A stretch of 64,000 nt of DNA from a virus. The stretch covers positions 64,001-128,000 of the IMG/VR virus record IMGVR_UViG_3300028840_004184; one strand, written 5' to 3'. Under the pieces are notes generated by a model. The model was not told the origin of the DNA. It saw only the letters and a program-made list of their open reading frames with translations, and did no database searches. A program made the position numbers and the translations under genes. Positions 36,760 to 47,083 of this stretch are shown here, piece by piece; the stretch's first letter is position 1, and each line of letters begins with the position of its first letter.

Positions 36760-36997
36760 AGTTTGTACACAAGACGGAAGTTTCGAAATCAACGGACCCA
36801 TTTTGATTTCTTTAAAAGATGGTCACCAGGTTAGACTGTATGAATCGTCACATGGTGGTATAGCGGTATCAAATAACACTGTACATCCTGTACAAGAAGT
36901 AAAAGATGGCACCGTTGTTTTTGGTCGTAAAGATAACGATAGGGTTCGTAAAAGCCATCTTTGTGTGAAGAGATGGGACAGGGTGGCGAAGTACTAG
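36749..36997 (+). CDS. Hypothetical protein
   Basis: AAGGA SD. Confidence 0.6.
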   Translation: MALKVCTQDGSFEINGPILISLKDGHQVRLYESSHGGIAVSNNTVHPVQEVKDGTVVFGRKDNDRVRKSHLCVKRWDRVAKY

Positions 36998-37032
36998 GAG
37001 TATAGTATGTTAAAATTGGAGTATAACAACAA

Positions 37033-37245
37033 ATGATAAACTTAATCGAAGGTAGAATTATAGAAAGGTTTGCTCACATAATCAAATGGCATACCATTAT
37101 TATGTCTGGTGCTTATAAAGATAATAAGTATTGTTTAAAGACAGCATCGGATAGTGAAAGAGCCCGGCTATCCAACGCGGTGGGGATCATGAATAACCAC
37201 GTAACCCGACTCGGCGAGATAGTAGAAAGATTACCGACGGAGTAG
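37033..37245 (+). CDS. Hypothetical protein
   Basis: GGAG SD. Confidence 0.55.
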   Translation: MINLIEGRIIERFAHIIKWHTIIMSGAYKDNKYCLKTASDSERARLSNAVGIMNNHVTRLGEIVERLPTE

Positions 37246-37316
37246 TCTCAAGAAGTATGTCCGGGTTGTAGTAAACTAGTAAGAGATTGCACCGGACAGT
37301 TTCCCATGTGTAATAG

Positions 37317-37544
37317 GTGATAAAAGTGCAGTTCACAGTCAGAGAGATTGTTCCCGACATGGATTACATCGCATACTGCGATAGGGTCCCAGGAATTCAA
37401 ACCAAAGGCAGAAGCGTAGCCGATGCTATTGGTAACTTTGTGATTGAAATGAATAATCGGAAAATAGGTACGGTAAAAATTGTTATTAAAGCCGCACCCA
37501 TTGGGTCGGCTTTAAGGGCTCTTAAGGATAAAAACAGTGGCTAA
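37317..37544 (+). CDS. HicB-like (partial RNase H fold) small protein
   Basis: 'YIAYC..VPGI.T.G.SV.DAI.N' HicB N-terminal pattern. Confidence 0.55.
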   Translation: MIKVQFTVREIVPDMDYIAYCDRVPGIQTKGRSVADAIGNFVIEMNNRKIGTVKIVIKAAPIGSALRALKDKNSG

Positions 37545-37794
37545 TACATGCAAAACTTTTTGTCGTCGGTTACATACTGAGGGTATGAAAACTGTTCGCA
37601 AGCATGTATCCAGTATTGATATCAAGGCGGCATGGGCATTTAAGAGTATAAGCGGTACCATGGAGTTTCATGGCCCTAATAAATTTTACTGGCATAATCA
37701 GTCTTGTTGTAAGTGGTATATGAAATATAAAGGATGGATGAAATACCTTGATTACATTGGCGTCAATATAGATGAGGAAAAACATAATGATTAA
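37537..37794 (+). CDS. Hypothetical protein
   Basis: Overlapping operon. Confidence 0.6.
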   Translation: MANTCKTFCRRLHTEGMKTVRKHVSSIDIKAAWAFKSISGTMEFHGPNKFYWHNQSCCKWYMKYKGWMKYLDYIGVNIDEEKHND

Positions 37795-37999
37795 AGGATA
37801 CTGTAAAACACATTATGACATAGGAGATAATTCTATGCCGTGGCCGACTACGTTTGCTTCTGTCCCACGAAAAGGCGAATTGATAGCTAGTCCATTCAGC
37901 ATAGCATATGCGAGAGTGCTTAATGTTATGCATGCTACTGAAGATAAAGAACCAGTAATTATTGTGTTTATTGAAGTAATAGATCATATAAACTCATGA
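37787..37999 (+). CDS. Hypothetical protein
   Basis: GAGG SD. Confidence 0.6.
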   Translation: MIKGYCKTHYDIGDNSMPWPTTFASVPRKGELIASPFSIAYARVLNVMHATEDKEPVIIVFIEVIDHINS

Positions 38000-38250
38000 A
38001 AGGAATACTTGATATGGATAACGACATTAATCAAAGAATCGAAGACGCAAAGACAAGGGCTAAGAATCAGTTTACTAAGGTAAGAAGCCATCTTAGTGAA
38101 CTTGAGAGTTTCGTAGATAACGCCGAACCTATCGTGGAAGACCGGGTAGCGGAAGCCTGCGATATAGCCAGAGAACGGATAGATGGTGTCGAAGAAGCCA
38201 TTAATGATTTTTTCAGCGAGATTACGGAAATGAGGAACATGGAGGATTAA
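37996..38250 (+). CDS. Acidic coiled-coil protein
   Basis: Heptad pattern. Confidence 0.6.
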   Translation: MKGILDMDNDINQRIEDAKTRAKNQFTKVRSHLSELESFVDNAEPIVEDRVAEACDIARERIDGVEEAINDFFSEITEMRNMED

Positions 38251-38289
38251 TGCTCAATCGCCGCAGGGCTTATATTAAGGATCAATGAA

Positions 38290-38487
38290 ATGAACTGGGG
38301 TGATTTTTTATACAACACACCTAAGGGTTTTTATTTTGTGTGGCCCTATTCTTCTCTTAAGAAGCATAAAACATTTTTTGATTATCCTTATCACAAAAGG
38401 ATACAGATAGTCTGTGATTACCTTGATGAACAAATAAGACTTGTTAATCGGTATGGCTGGGATTACGATCATAATAAACGGAGATAA
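38290..38487 (+). CDS. Hypothetical protein
   Basis: AAGGA SD. Confidence 0.6.
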   Translation: MNWGDFLYNTPKGFYFVWPYSSLKKHKTFFDYPYHKRIQIVCDYLDEQIRLVNRYGWDYDHNKRR

Positions 38488-38489
38488 TA

Positions 38490-39848
38490 ATGGCAACATA
38501 TGAATTAACCGTGTCAACAAATCATTATCGTGATTGGGGTGTTAAGGAAGGAGTGAGTGAACTTTTCCAAAACGCGATGGATGGAGACACAAGGGGTAAT
38601 ATTATGTCCTATAAATATATCCCCAAATCTAATACTTTAAGAGTTCATAACCAGGGGGCTTTTCTTAATATTTCTACTTTGCTTCTTGGAGAAGGAGACA
38701 AGGCGGATGACTCCAGCCAAATAGGTGGATTCGGTGTGGGTTATAAGCTGGCTGCCATAGCTCTGCTCCGTATGGGTAAAGAGTTTGTTATTTTTAATCG
38801 GTGTCATCCTGATGGTCCTCAGCAGTGGAAAGGTTTTATCAAACATTCTAAGAAATATGATAGACCTACTGTTAACTTTAGGGTCACTAATATTAATCCA
38901 AGTCGCGACCTTGATAAATTGACGTTTAAGATCAAGGGTATTACTCCAGTAGAATGGGAAGAATGCAGAAAGAGGTTTTTGAATTCTGGAACTTATGGAG
39001 ATTATACCGCCTTTGATACACCGAAGGGACAGATACTTGATGGGGAAAAAGTTAAGGGATGTATTTTTGTAGGTGTGTCTGAGGACAAAGCTATTTTTGT
39101 CCAGAAAAATGATAGACTTCATTATGGTTATAATTTTAAACCTGGTGAAATCCAACTAAACCAGGAAAGAAATATGGCCCAGAGTTGGTCATTAGAATTT
39201 GGTACCAGCAGCATATGGAATCATTTGGGTAAGGACGATAAGCATTTACTAGCTATCGAAAATATGCTTGGTCAAGATGCTCTTGATGTATGCAGACTCA
39301 ACGAAACATGGTGTGGTAGTGATGATTTGGTGAGCAAGCTATCAAATAGATTTCGTTCGAAACATGGTGATAACGCTCATCCTGTTACAGACTCAGCTAA
39401 TACTACTGCATTGGGCTTTTCAAATATAATTGGTGTTCCAACCAGCCCTCTTTATACTAAAGTCTTAGAGCGTGATATCGGCAACGTAGATGATCGTGTT
39501 AAAAATGAACAAGAGTCTGTAAGAGGAACGGTTCCTTATGCAGCCCTGGATAAAGACGAACAACATGTATTTGATACCGCGATTTCCTTGATAACAAAGG
39601 AAGTTGGCAACATAGTAGATGTCAGTATTGTGACTTTTAATGGAGATAAAACAGAAGGGTTGTTTGTGGACGGGATCATTCTGGTTGCCAGGAAGGTTTT
39701 AAAAGATATGGGCAGAGCCCTAAAAGTGCTTATCCATGAACATGCACATTCTGCTGGTTATGACGGAGAGGCTGATTTTTGCGAAGCAGAAAGATCTTTA
39801 TGGGCTAAGGTATTCGTGAGGTTATATAACAAACATGTCACGAGATAA
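38490..39848 (+). CDS. GHKL (HATPase_c) ATPase with C-terminal HExxH zincin-like domain
   Basis: ELFQNAMD, NQGA, IGGFGVGYKLA; LIHEHAH. Confidence 0.8.
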   Translation: MATYELTVSTNHYRDWGVKEGVSELFQNAMDGDTRGNIMSYKYIPKSNTLRVHNQGAFLNISTLLLGEGDKADDSSQIGGFGVGYKLAAIALLRMGKEFVIFNRCHPDGPQQWKGFIKHSKKYDRPTVNFRVTNINPSRDLDKLTFKIKGITPVEWEECRKRFLNSGTYGDYTAFDTPKGQILDGEKVKGCIFVGVSEDKAIFVQKNDRLHYGYNFKPGEIQLNQERNMAQSWSLEFGTSSIWNHLGKDDKHLLAIENMLGQDALDVCRLNETWCGSDDLVSKLSNRFRSKHGDNAHPVTDSANTTALGFSNIIGVPTSPLYTKVLERDIGNVDDRVKNEQESVRGTVPYAALDKDEQHVFDTAISLITKEVGNIVDVSIVTFNGDKTEGLFVDGIILVARKVLKDMGRALKVLIHEHAHSAGYDGEADFCEAERSLWAKVFVRLYNKHVTR

Positions 39849-40137
39849 AGAAAGCTTAGTTTTTCTTGATGGCAAATGGTGGAGTAATAGCGTGTACTAT
39901 GCTATTAAGGAGGGATGGAGTCGTACAAGGGTCGTAAATGCCGCCATACGGGCTGGAGAAGAGGTAGACATACCTGAGACCATTAGACAAACAAAAGACG
40001 ATCCTCGGGTATATTTGGTGCTCCAAAGTGGCGAAGTGTTCAGGGGCGGATATGATAAATATGGAGAGATCAGTTTTTCAAGATTCAATCCAATAGAATA
40101 TGCCTGTATGGGTATCTTGCCCGGACTACAACTTTAG
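39835..40137 (+). CDS. Hypothetical protein
   Basis: Overlapping operon. Confidence 0.6.
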   Translation: MSRDKESLVFLDGKWWSNSVYYAIKEGWSRTRVVNAAIRAGEEVDIPETIRQTKDDPRVYLVLQSGEVFRGGYDKYGEISFSRFNPIEYACMGILPGLQL

Positions 40138-40149
40138 GATAGTATAATT

Positions 40150-40629
40150 ATGATATGTTCTAAGTGCGGATCGAAAATGAAGCTTTTATTAACTTCATCT
40201 TATTGTGATTGTGAAGATACGGCTATCGCCAAAAATAATATCAACGATAAAAAGGCGGGACGATTCAATGAAATGATTGGAGGGGTTAATTTCTTTTATG
40301 AGGATGGATCACCACCCGTTGAATATATAGGTCGTCCATTTTCAATGACATGTCGGCAACCAGACGATCATGGTCAATATACTTACAAGTGGTTTTTTAG
40401 TATAAATAGTATACGTACTATTGTGAATTTTTTATCCAGTGTTTATTATGACCATAATGATAAAGACAAAATAATAGCTGACCATATTTGTTTTGAGTGT
40501 GATAAAAAAAGAACCGGAAGCTTCGTACATATTTATCATAAGGATTATAGTGATGAGCGGTGGATGTTTACAGAAAGAGAAATTGGGCTTATCGTAGGTT
40601 TTTGGCATAAGTTTTTATCCAGTAGTTGA
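40150..40629 (+). CDS. LLTS Zn-ribbon-tagged protein
   Basis: MICSKCGSKMKLLLTSSYCDC. Confidence 0.7.
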   Translation: MICSKCGSKMKLLLTSSYCDCEDTAIAKNNINDKKAGRFNEMIGGVNFFYEDGSPPVEYIGRPFSMTCRQPDDHGQYTYKWFFSINSIRTIVNFLSSVYYDHNDKDKIIADHICFECDKKRTGSFVHIYHKDYSDERWMFTEREIGLIVGFWHKFLSSS

Positions 40630-40774
40630 TTATAAGTCAATGTACATAGATCCTATAAGGTACATGTATTTCTATACATCCAATCATACATTTTAACGAT
40701 GTATATACATTTTTCTGCTTGACTTTATACATCCTTCGGAGTAGAATATAAGAAGAAAGGAACAAAGTAGTAAT

Positions 40775-41176
40775 ATGAGCGATTTAAGAAAGAAAATTAT
40801 CGATACTACGGCAAGATTAGTGTCTTTTGCCCGAGATGACTTTCCCTTACATGAACTTGAGCGGAAAGTTTTCTTAAGAGTTATAGAGCAGATCGATAAT
40901 AACTTTGTTAACATGACGACAGACATTATGCGATATGTAGAGAGGGCTATCGATGAAATTGTCCGGAGTGGCATGGACAAAATTTTTATCGTTCATAATG
41001 GCGTAACCCCTGCTACTAGGTATGTTAAGGACATACTTGGTAAGTTCAGTTTGTCATGGACATCAAGTCGAGAAGACGCTATGTTGTTTAACAGGGAGGA
41101 AGCAGGGGCGGTGTTGGCTTTGGCGGAAAGGCAGTTTAGCTGCCCCTGTTTTGTAAGGATAGATCGTCATGAATAA
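40775..41176 (+). CDS. Hypothetical protein
   Basis: Promoter TTGACT-N17-TAGAAT at 40719, SD. Confidence 0.65.
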   Translation: MSDLRKKIIDTTARLVSFARDDFPLHELERKVFLRVIEQIDNNFVNMTTDIMRYVERAIDEIVRSGMDKIFIVHNGVTPATRYVKDILGKFSLSWTSSREDAMLFNREEAGAVLALAERQFSCPCFVRIDRHE

Positions 41177-41834
41177 TGAAGAAAAGACTAAAAAAAATCC
41201 ATGTGCAAATGGTTGCATATGCGGCAGTTACAATGCTGTTCGGAATTTTATAGCAAATAGTTCAGATGGTACCAAATATACGGAAGCGTTATTGAGGAGA
41301 TTGTCCAAGTTTAGCGTCAGGGATGATTTGCATGAAGGGATTGTGGAGTTTGTCAAAGCATTATCTCAGGACCTCGAAGACATATACAAAGACGCAAAAG
41401 GTCCTAAGACTTGTTGTGTTAAGGAGGTAAAGGAATCCCGTATCCCATATGCTAATAGTCATTTCATGAAGCCCTATAGTCATCCCGGCCCGGATGGGTG
41501 GGATAACCATAATGAGCGGGTAGATACTCCCGAACGTATTATTAGTCTATTAAGGAGGGTAAGACAAGACAGTCGTCATATTTCTGTTGTTAGTGATGAA
41601 GAAATTGCCTGGGCTATCGGCAAGGTAAGAGGAATGAGCGACTACAGAATACCTCCTCATCTTTACCAGATGTTAGCTGATCTTAAATATTTCATAGACC
41701 TGCCTTTACATAAGTTTTATAGGAGGCGGTGGCCGTTTACAACGGTAAAATTTGTGGTTAAAATACTGGACAATCTTTCGCGGAGGACAGGCGAGATCGT
41801 AGAATCTGCAAGAACCTATCTGCCTAAATCATAA
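41169..41834 (+). CDS. Hypothetical protein
   Basis: 221-aa ORF. Confidence 0.65.
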   Translation: MNNEEKTKKNPCANGCICGSYNAVRNFIANSSDGTKYTEALLRRLSKFSVRDDLHEGIVEFVKALSQDLEDIYKDAKGPKTCCVKEVKESRIPYANSHFMKPYSHPGPDGWDNHNERVDTPERIISLLRRVRQDSRHISVVSDEEIAWAIGKVRGMSDYRIPPHLYQMLADLKYFIDLPLHKFYRRRWPFTTVKFVVKILDNLSRRTGEIVESARTYLPKS

Positions 41835-41996
41835 ACAGTTATGCTCCATAAACAGATCCCGGAAGTCGGTTAAAACTATCGAAACAAAATCGAGTAATAT
41901 GTGTAAATTGGTTTTTATGTGTTGCTCGAAAAAATATATAAAGCAGCTTGACTTTCCCGGTGTTATGGAGTATATTAAATATGAAGCGATCGCTTC

Positions 41997-42217
41997 AAAG
42001 ACGAGATCTAAAGCCTCACGATCAGTTTTCGTGGCTTCCTAACAACAGAAAGAAGAAAAGGGCTAACCTTGCCAAATGGGCGAGTTGAGTCATGGCCAGA
42101 CTTGGGAGATCTCAGTCTTGTTTTTCTTAGTAAGAGAACGGCGGTCAATGCCTGGTATCCAGAAGACCGACTACGTAGTAGGCATCGGCGTATCTGATTA
42201 TCTGCCTCTTGGCCGCC
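41997..42217 (+). ncRNA. Candidate structured leader/ncRNA(s)
   Basis: Follows promoter at 41948; AAGACGAGATCT/AGATCTCAGTCTT and GGCGGTCAA/TTGGCCGCC closing stems, then a T tract. Confidence 0.45.
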
Positions 42218-42245
42218 TATTTTTTTCTTAAGGAGCCTAAAATAA

Positions 42246-42515
42246 ATGTATGCTCTAACATCACATTATAAAAGAGGTTATCATGACTGCGTTGATTTTC
42301 TTGCAGTTTGGGGTCGTAAACCTACCCCTAAACAAGTCAAGAAAGTCTTGTGTGATAAGAACATTACACAGTTTTATGCTGCATATGAAGAGATACCCAT
42401 GGCTCCGTATCAAGTATTGTGTTCGAAAAATGAGGTTAAGATTGGTACAGCAGTTACTTATAGACTAAAGTCTTTTGCCAAAGGAAAGCGTATCAGACTG
42501 GATACAAGTAAGTGA
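42246..42515 (+). CDS. Hypothetical protein
   Basis: AAGGAG SD. Confidence 0.65.
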   Translation: MYALTSHYKRGYHDCVDFLAVWGRKPTPKQVKKVLCDKNITQFYAAYEEIPMAPYQVLCSKNEVKIGTAVTYRLKSFAKGKRIRLDTSK

Positions 42516-42658
42516 TCGGAGTATATAGACATGACGTTTCTTGAATGGCTTGGTGAAAAACAGAATCAGGATTTTGTTTTACTGTTGGCAGTTTTGTTTT
42601 TTGTGTTTGCGGGTCCTCTCATGGTCGTTATTCGGAAGAACAAAAATGACCTGGATGA

Positions 42659-42795
42659 CGAGTAAGTAACTTCTTATATAGCCGCAAGTAAGCGAGATCC
42701 TATATAGGACCCCGGCCATCATACTTCCTCCTGGCTCCGTAACCTGAATAGAGCCCACCTGCCAAAATGGCAGATCCCAGGCCAGAATGGCACCT
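42659..42795 (+). repeat. Repeat cluster 2 (2 AGTAAG-TATAG copies + TGCCA-N3-TGGCA palindromes)
   Basis: Copies at 42659 and 42684. Confidence 0.65.
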
Positions 42796-42966
42796 GAGCC
42801 AAATCTGCACACTGCGGATTATACTATTATCATAGTCCCTCACATAGAAAAAAAGTCAAGTGGAAAATAAAAAAAACTTAATTGAGTTTTTTGTTTGACT
42901 ATTTCCTTCTATGATTTATACTCTTAATGACGAGAAAAATAAGGTTAAACTTAAGGAGTATAAGTT

Positions 42967-43185
42967 ATGTTGCCTGTTACAGTTACAAATCTCGGTACTG
43001 GAAAGACTTTGACTTTTGTTGGAATATCACCGAAAAAGGCTGTTGTTTGTGCTTATGAACAATCAAGGGGTAATTTTAATACGTGGACCTATGATGAAAA
43101 CAAGGCGATTGTTTCAACTAGTGGTGCTACAGTATCTTGCGGTGATTTTTGCAGTATCATTGATAGGAGCAAGATGAAATCATGA
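42967..43185 (+). CDS. Small phage protein
   Basis: Promoter at 42895; 'AVVCAYEQSRGNFNTW.Y'. Confidence 0.7.
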   Translation: MLPVTVTNLGTGKTLTFVGISPKKAVVCAYEQSRGNFNTWTYDENKAIVSTSGATVSCGDFCSIIDRSKMKS

Positions 43186-43553
43186 ATCCTAATTTAGAAG
43201 GTATTATCGGTTTTATTCCAATAAAAGATATTAAGCGTATTTTAACCAGTTATAATGTAGTATTTTATGATGATGATTTAAATTGGCAATTAAGGGCATT
43301 ATTGTTAGAGAAAATCAAAGACGGCACAATTCCCGATAGTGCTATCCATAATTTTCTTTGATTTATTCTTGACTATTGTTTTCTATCTAGTATACTCTTA
43401 ATAACAAAGACAAGGATAAGTTTTTTCAGGAGTTTAGATTATGAAACAATGGTACGCCATAGAATATTATGATAAATCTGTTTGGGAAAAAATAGCTAGA
43501 CAATCTATGGAGCAAAAAGGGGCTTGTGTCGGTTCATGGGGGGTATCGTAACA

Positions 43554-44366
43554 ATGAATGCATCTGTTTTTAAAACAAGCCATTACAAACAATTCATTAA
43601 TGGTAAACGTCCTAAAAAATGGTCTCCTACCATAAGTATCAATTATGGGAACGAAAAAACTAGACCACGTAAACGTGGCGGGTTTAAGGGAGAATCCCTT
43701 GATATTTGGTCAACCGATGTAACTAAAGGATGTGACAATGGTTGTGTCGAATGCTATGCTGCAAAAATGTCGGCTATGGCTATGCGTAACTTTGGTTGTG
43801 TCAAAACCGTTAAGCTTATTGGTAAACCTAAGGGGAATCCTTTTATATGGACGGCGGGACAAGGGGATATACCTAAGTGTATTATCGATAGCAAGATAGG
43901 GGTTATCGTAACGGTTGATCCTATGCGGGAAAAATCCTTTGTCGATAATTCTATCAAGGCTGTATTGTCGGTACCACCTAGGCAAGTTTTGATCGGTTTT
44001 CGGGTATATCCTAAAAATATGGTCTCAATAGCTAGATGCTTGAAGCTTGCAAAGTATTTTCGAGCAAAGGGTTACAAGGGCATCTTTCATATGATTGTCC
44101 GGATAAACTCTTTAGAAATGGCTAGCAGGCTTGATTCTATCATATGCCCTAAAGGAAAAGTCAACCGTAAAATCTTCTATGAAGATAACAAAATTCCCGG
44201 TCTAGGCCTAGCTTGTGGGTCAAAGGGTAACGGCACTTGTGCCGATTGCATGTTTTGTTTTAACTATCATAATGCTACGCATAGGGTTGGAACATCTAGC
44301 GATCCTCTAAGATACCCTAAACATCTTGTGTCGGAATTCAAAAGAGTTGGATGGATAAAGTCTTAG
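43554..44366 (+). CDS. Radical-SAM-like Fe-S protein (divergent)
   Basis: GCDNGCVECYA (CxxxCxxC); C-terminal C..CADC..C. Confidence 0.55.
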   Translation: MNASVFKTSHYKQFINGKRPKKWSPTISINYGNEKTRPRKRGGFKGESLDIWSTDVTKGCDNGCVECYAAKMSAMAMRNFGCVKTVKLIGKPKGNPFIWTAGQGDIPKCIIDSKIGVIVTVDPMREKSFVDNSIKAVLSVPPRQVLIGFRVYPKNMVSIARCLKLAKYFRAKGYKGIFHMIVRINSLEMASRLDSIICPKGKVNRKIFYEDNKIPGLGLACGSKGNGTCADCMFCFNYHNATHRVGTSSDPLRYPKHLVSEFKRVGWIKS

Positions 44367-44635
44367 ACGCCGACGGGCTAATAATAAGGAAAAATAACCA
44401 TGATGGAAATTATAAAAATCCTTTGTTTGTTTATAGCAATTTTGTTTACTATATCATGTTTGTTTCGTGCCCATGCTAAGAATGATATTGCATTCCATAA
44501 CATGGTTATGATGAGTATAGGATGGACGGGATTTATTTATTTGCAATTTATTTACAAATAATGATTTTTGATTTGACTATCCGAATATGTTGAATATACT
44601 TTTATAACTAAGTCACATTTAAGGAGTTACGAAGC

Positions 44636-45049
44636 ATGGAATTGATCAATACTCCAGCCGATCAAATCTTTGAAACGGTTGCCGATTATGAAAAGGCAAA
44701 AGGTAATTTCAAAACCCTGAAAAGTGATATTGAAGTCTTTGAAAAGGCTTTGATTGAACAGGCGGGTGAAGGAAAAAGAGACTTTGTTTTTCCTGATGGA
44801 ATTCTCGTTATCCCCGAAAAAGAAAGGTCTGGAGATAGCCCAGCATACAAGGCTATGTTTGAAGCTATTAAGGAGCGTATAAACGACGGCTCTATATGGA
44901 CGGATAGCAAAGACGACGTAAGGCTATGGCTTGAAAATCTTTGGAATGATAAAAGAGGAAACAAGTATAAAAGCCGGAAACCCAAGATAAAAAAGGAAAT
45001 CGCATCTAAGAGCAAAAGAAAAGCCAAGAAAATGGCATCTGCGAGTTAA
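44636..45049 (+). CDS. Hypothetical protein with basic C-terminus
   Basis: Promoter at 44573, AAGGAG SD. Confidence 0.7.
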   Translation: MELINTPADQIFETVADYEKAKGNFKTLKSDIEVFEKALIEQAGEGKRDFVFPDGILVIPEKERSGDSPAYKAMFEAIKERINDGSIWTDSKDDVRLWLENLWNDKRGNKYKSRKPKIKKEIASKSKRKAKKMASAS

Positions 45050-45105
45050 ATAGATCTCCTCTAACCTCCTTGTCATCGCCGGTTTACATCGGGTAGACCG
45101 GTCAA

Positions 45106-45136
45106 GAGACCGGGCGAAAGCCCGGTCTCATTTTTT
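45106..45136 (+). terminator. Intrinsic terminator
   Basis: GAGACCGGGC-GAAA-GCCCGGTCTC + T tract. Confidence 0.85.
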
Positions 45137-45224
45137 ATTTAAAAACAAGCTTGACGTTTCCGTTTCATGGGATATAATATACATAACAAGGCAATAAAAG
45201 GTTAGTTATTAAGGAGTTAAGGAT

Positions 45225-45641
45225 ATGTCAAGAGATAATGTCTATGGTTTCTGGGCGGGAAATCTTAAGCTTGATAATAGCAATTCTGGTAAATCTTTGG
45301 TTGTTTCCGACGGAAAAAACAATTCTATAAGGGTTATCAGAACACAACAGGGTTTGTTAATTGACAATCTTCAAGGTATAGTCAAGGGCTCAAAGGCGGT
45401 CATAGACTCTATGGAATTTCTTAGGGCTAAGCCTGTTACGGAGCAAAAGAAAGCGGGATTAAGGATTGACATCAAACTATTAGAGAAACAAGCCAATCAA
45501 ATTGGTATAATGCATCAAGAGATGAAAAACGGTCTTTCTGAAAATGATGATGATATGCTTGAAGGGTTATTAAACTTTGTAACTAGTGCTCTATTCCAGC
45601 TTAAGGAAAATGGGGCTGTAACCCTTATTGTAGCTGATTAA
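45225..45641 (+). CDS. Hypothetical protein
   Basis: Promoter at 45151; C-terminal 'IDIKLLEKQ...LEGLLNF' shared with 46514..46903. Confidence 0.7.
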   Translation: MSRDNVYGFWAGNLKLDNSNSGKSLVVSDGKNNSIRVIRTQQGLLIDNLQGIVKGSKAVIDSMEFLRAKPVTEQKKAGLRIDIKLLEKQANQIGIMHQEMKNGLSENDDDMLEGLLNFVTSALFQLKENGAVTLIVAD

Positions 45642-45806
45642 GGAGAAAAAGAAAAATGAGATATAAAACGTCTAATACAAAAGAAGCTAAGTATGTCCGA
45701 CGACATAACGTCTATCGGTGTATTTGTGGCCGAAAAAAGATTATGCCTTTCAGAACAAAGGTTTTTGAAATGATATGGTGTCCTAGGTGTAAAAAGAAGA
45801 CTCTTC

Positions 45807-46058
45807 ATGAAACGCCATAAAAATCAATGGTACAAGGTATTATGGAGAAGAATACATCGGAATATCCGTATTATATACCTTAAAATAAACAAAAAAAGAT
45901 ACAATGAACTACTTAAAGAAAGACGGGGAATCGCTTGCAAGGTTATCTTAACCCATAAGGAGGAAAAAGAGTTAAGGAGGATTAATATTTTGTTAGGTAA
46001 TGGCCCCTTATACATATTTTCAAAAAAGGAAATACAGGATGCGTTGCGAAAGATGTAA
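45807..46058 (+). CDS. Basic hypothetical protein
   Basis: ORF in cluster. Confidence 0.5.
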   Translation: MKRHKNQWYKVLWRRIHRNIRIIYLKINKKRYNELLKERRGIACKVILTHKEEKELRRINILLGNGPLYIFSKKEIQDALRKM

Positions 46059-46278
46059 ACGACATATAGAGAATGATAAGAATAGGGAAAAAGAAAGAAT
46101 CTGGTCAAACATAGCTGAATTGACAAACGTGTTAATGTGTCAAGCGGCGTCAATACCTACTTCTTATGGAGAGAAGAGTTATAAAGAAGTTAAGGACCTT
46201 ATTTATCAACAGATTAAGGATATTGTACTAAGAAATGATCAAGAGACTTTGAAGCATTGTTTTAAGGAAGAAGTATAA
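46039..46278 (+). CDS. Hypothetical protein
   Basis: AAGGA SD, MRCERC. Confidence 0.55.
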   Translation: MRCERCKRHIENDKNREKERIWSNIAELTNVLMCQAASIPTSYGEKSYKEVKDLIYQQIKDIVLRNDQETLKHCFKEEV

Positions 46279-46279
46279 T

Positions 46280-46486
46280 ATGCTAATCCCACAACTGATT
46301 ATAAAAATAAGCCTTGCGGAGTTATCAATAGGTAAAAATGATTCTTTTGATGGGCAATACGAAACAGCGAGAGTTTTAGAGGCTTTTGCAGAAAAAATAA
46401 GGAAAGAAGGTATACCCGAAGTTTTAGCAGATATAAAAGATAATAAAGATGGAAGAACCGTAGGCTTTGCATATCTTCATTGTTAA
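46280..46486 (+). CDS. Hypothetical protein
   Basis: 'ND.F...E.ARVL..AEKI...D.DG.TVG' phage pattern. Confidence 0.65.
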   Translation: MLIPQLIIKISLAELSIGKNDSFDGQYETARVLEAFAEKIRKEGIPEVLADIKDNKDGRTVGFAYLHC

Positions 46487-46513
46487 ATGTATTAGGTTAT
46501 GGAGTAAAGAATT

Positions 46514-46903
46514 GTGAAAACTTTTAACATAGATACAAAACTATTATCTAGACAATTAAACCTAATAGGACAATTAATCAATACCCTACCAGATGATCAT
46601 TTCAAGGAAAGGGATACGGAATTGTTATCTGGTATCCTCGATATGTTTTGTTCTATTGAAGCAAGCATTATGCGGGATAATGGGGTTATGCTTGTTGAAC
46701 ATAAGGAATTAACAGAAAAGCAAGGGGTTACGGAGCAAGAAAAAACATATTTCATAAAAATACAACAAGAACTAGTATACACAAACAAAGAAACAAATAA
46801 TAAAAAAGAAGCAATAGAACATGCAAGGCGAGATATGATCGAAAGGTTACAAAGGGGGGAAATGGACAATTCTATTTTCCACATCATTGAAGTATCATCG
46901 TAA
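46514..46903 (+). CDS. Hypothetical protein
   Basis: GGAG SD, GTG start. Confidence 0.65.
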   Translation: MKTFNIDTKLLSRQLNLIGQLINTLPDDHFKERDTELLSGILDMFCSIEASIMRDNGVMLVEHKELTEKQGVTEQEKTYFIKIQQELVYTNKETNNKKEAIEHARRDMIERLQRGEMDNSIFHIIEVSS

Positions 46904-47083
46904 CAGGGGAAACAACGGGATTCGGTAGTTTTAAACTAGGTTCATTGTCAACATTATATAAGCCCCTTGTAAATGTACATTAATCCTCGAAGCAAGCGGG
47001 ATTTTAACGAAAGGTATCGATAATGCGTGATTAATTCTGAAAAACTGATTTGACTTTTCTTAAGGGCAGGGTATAATAAAAGC

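Noticed and set aside
18814-46505. Recurring GTTATGGAG motif
   Set aside because: Mostly explained as a Shine-Dalgarno context before start codons; a few orphan copies are not enough to call a separate element
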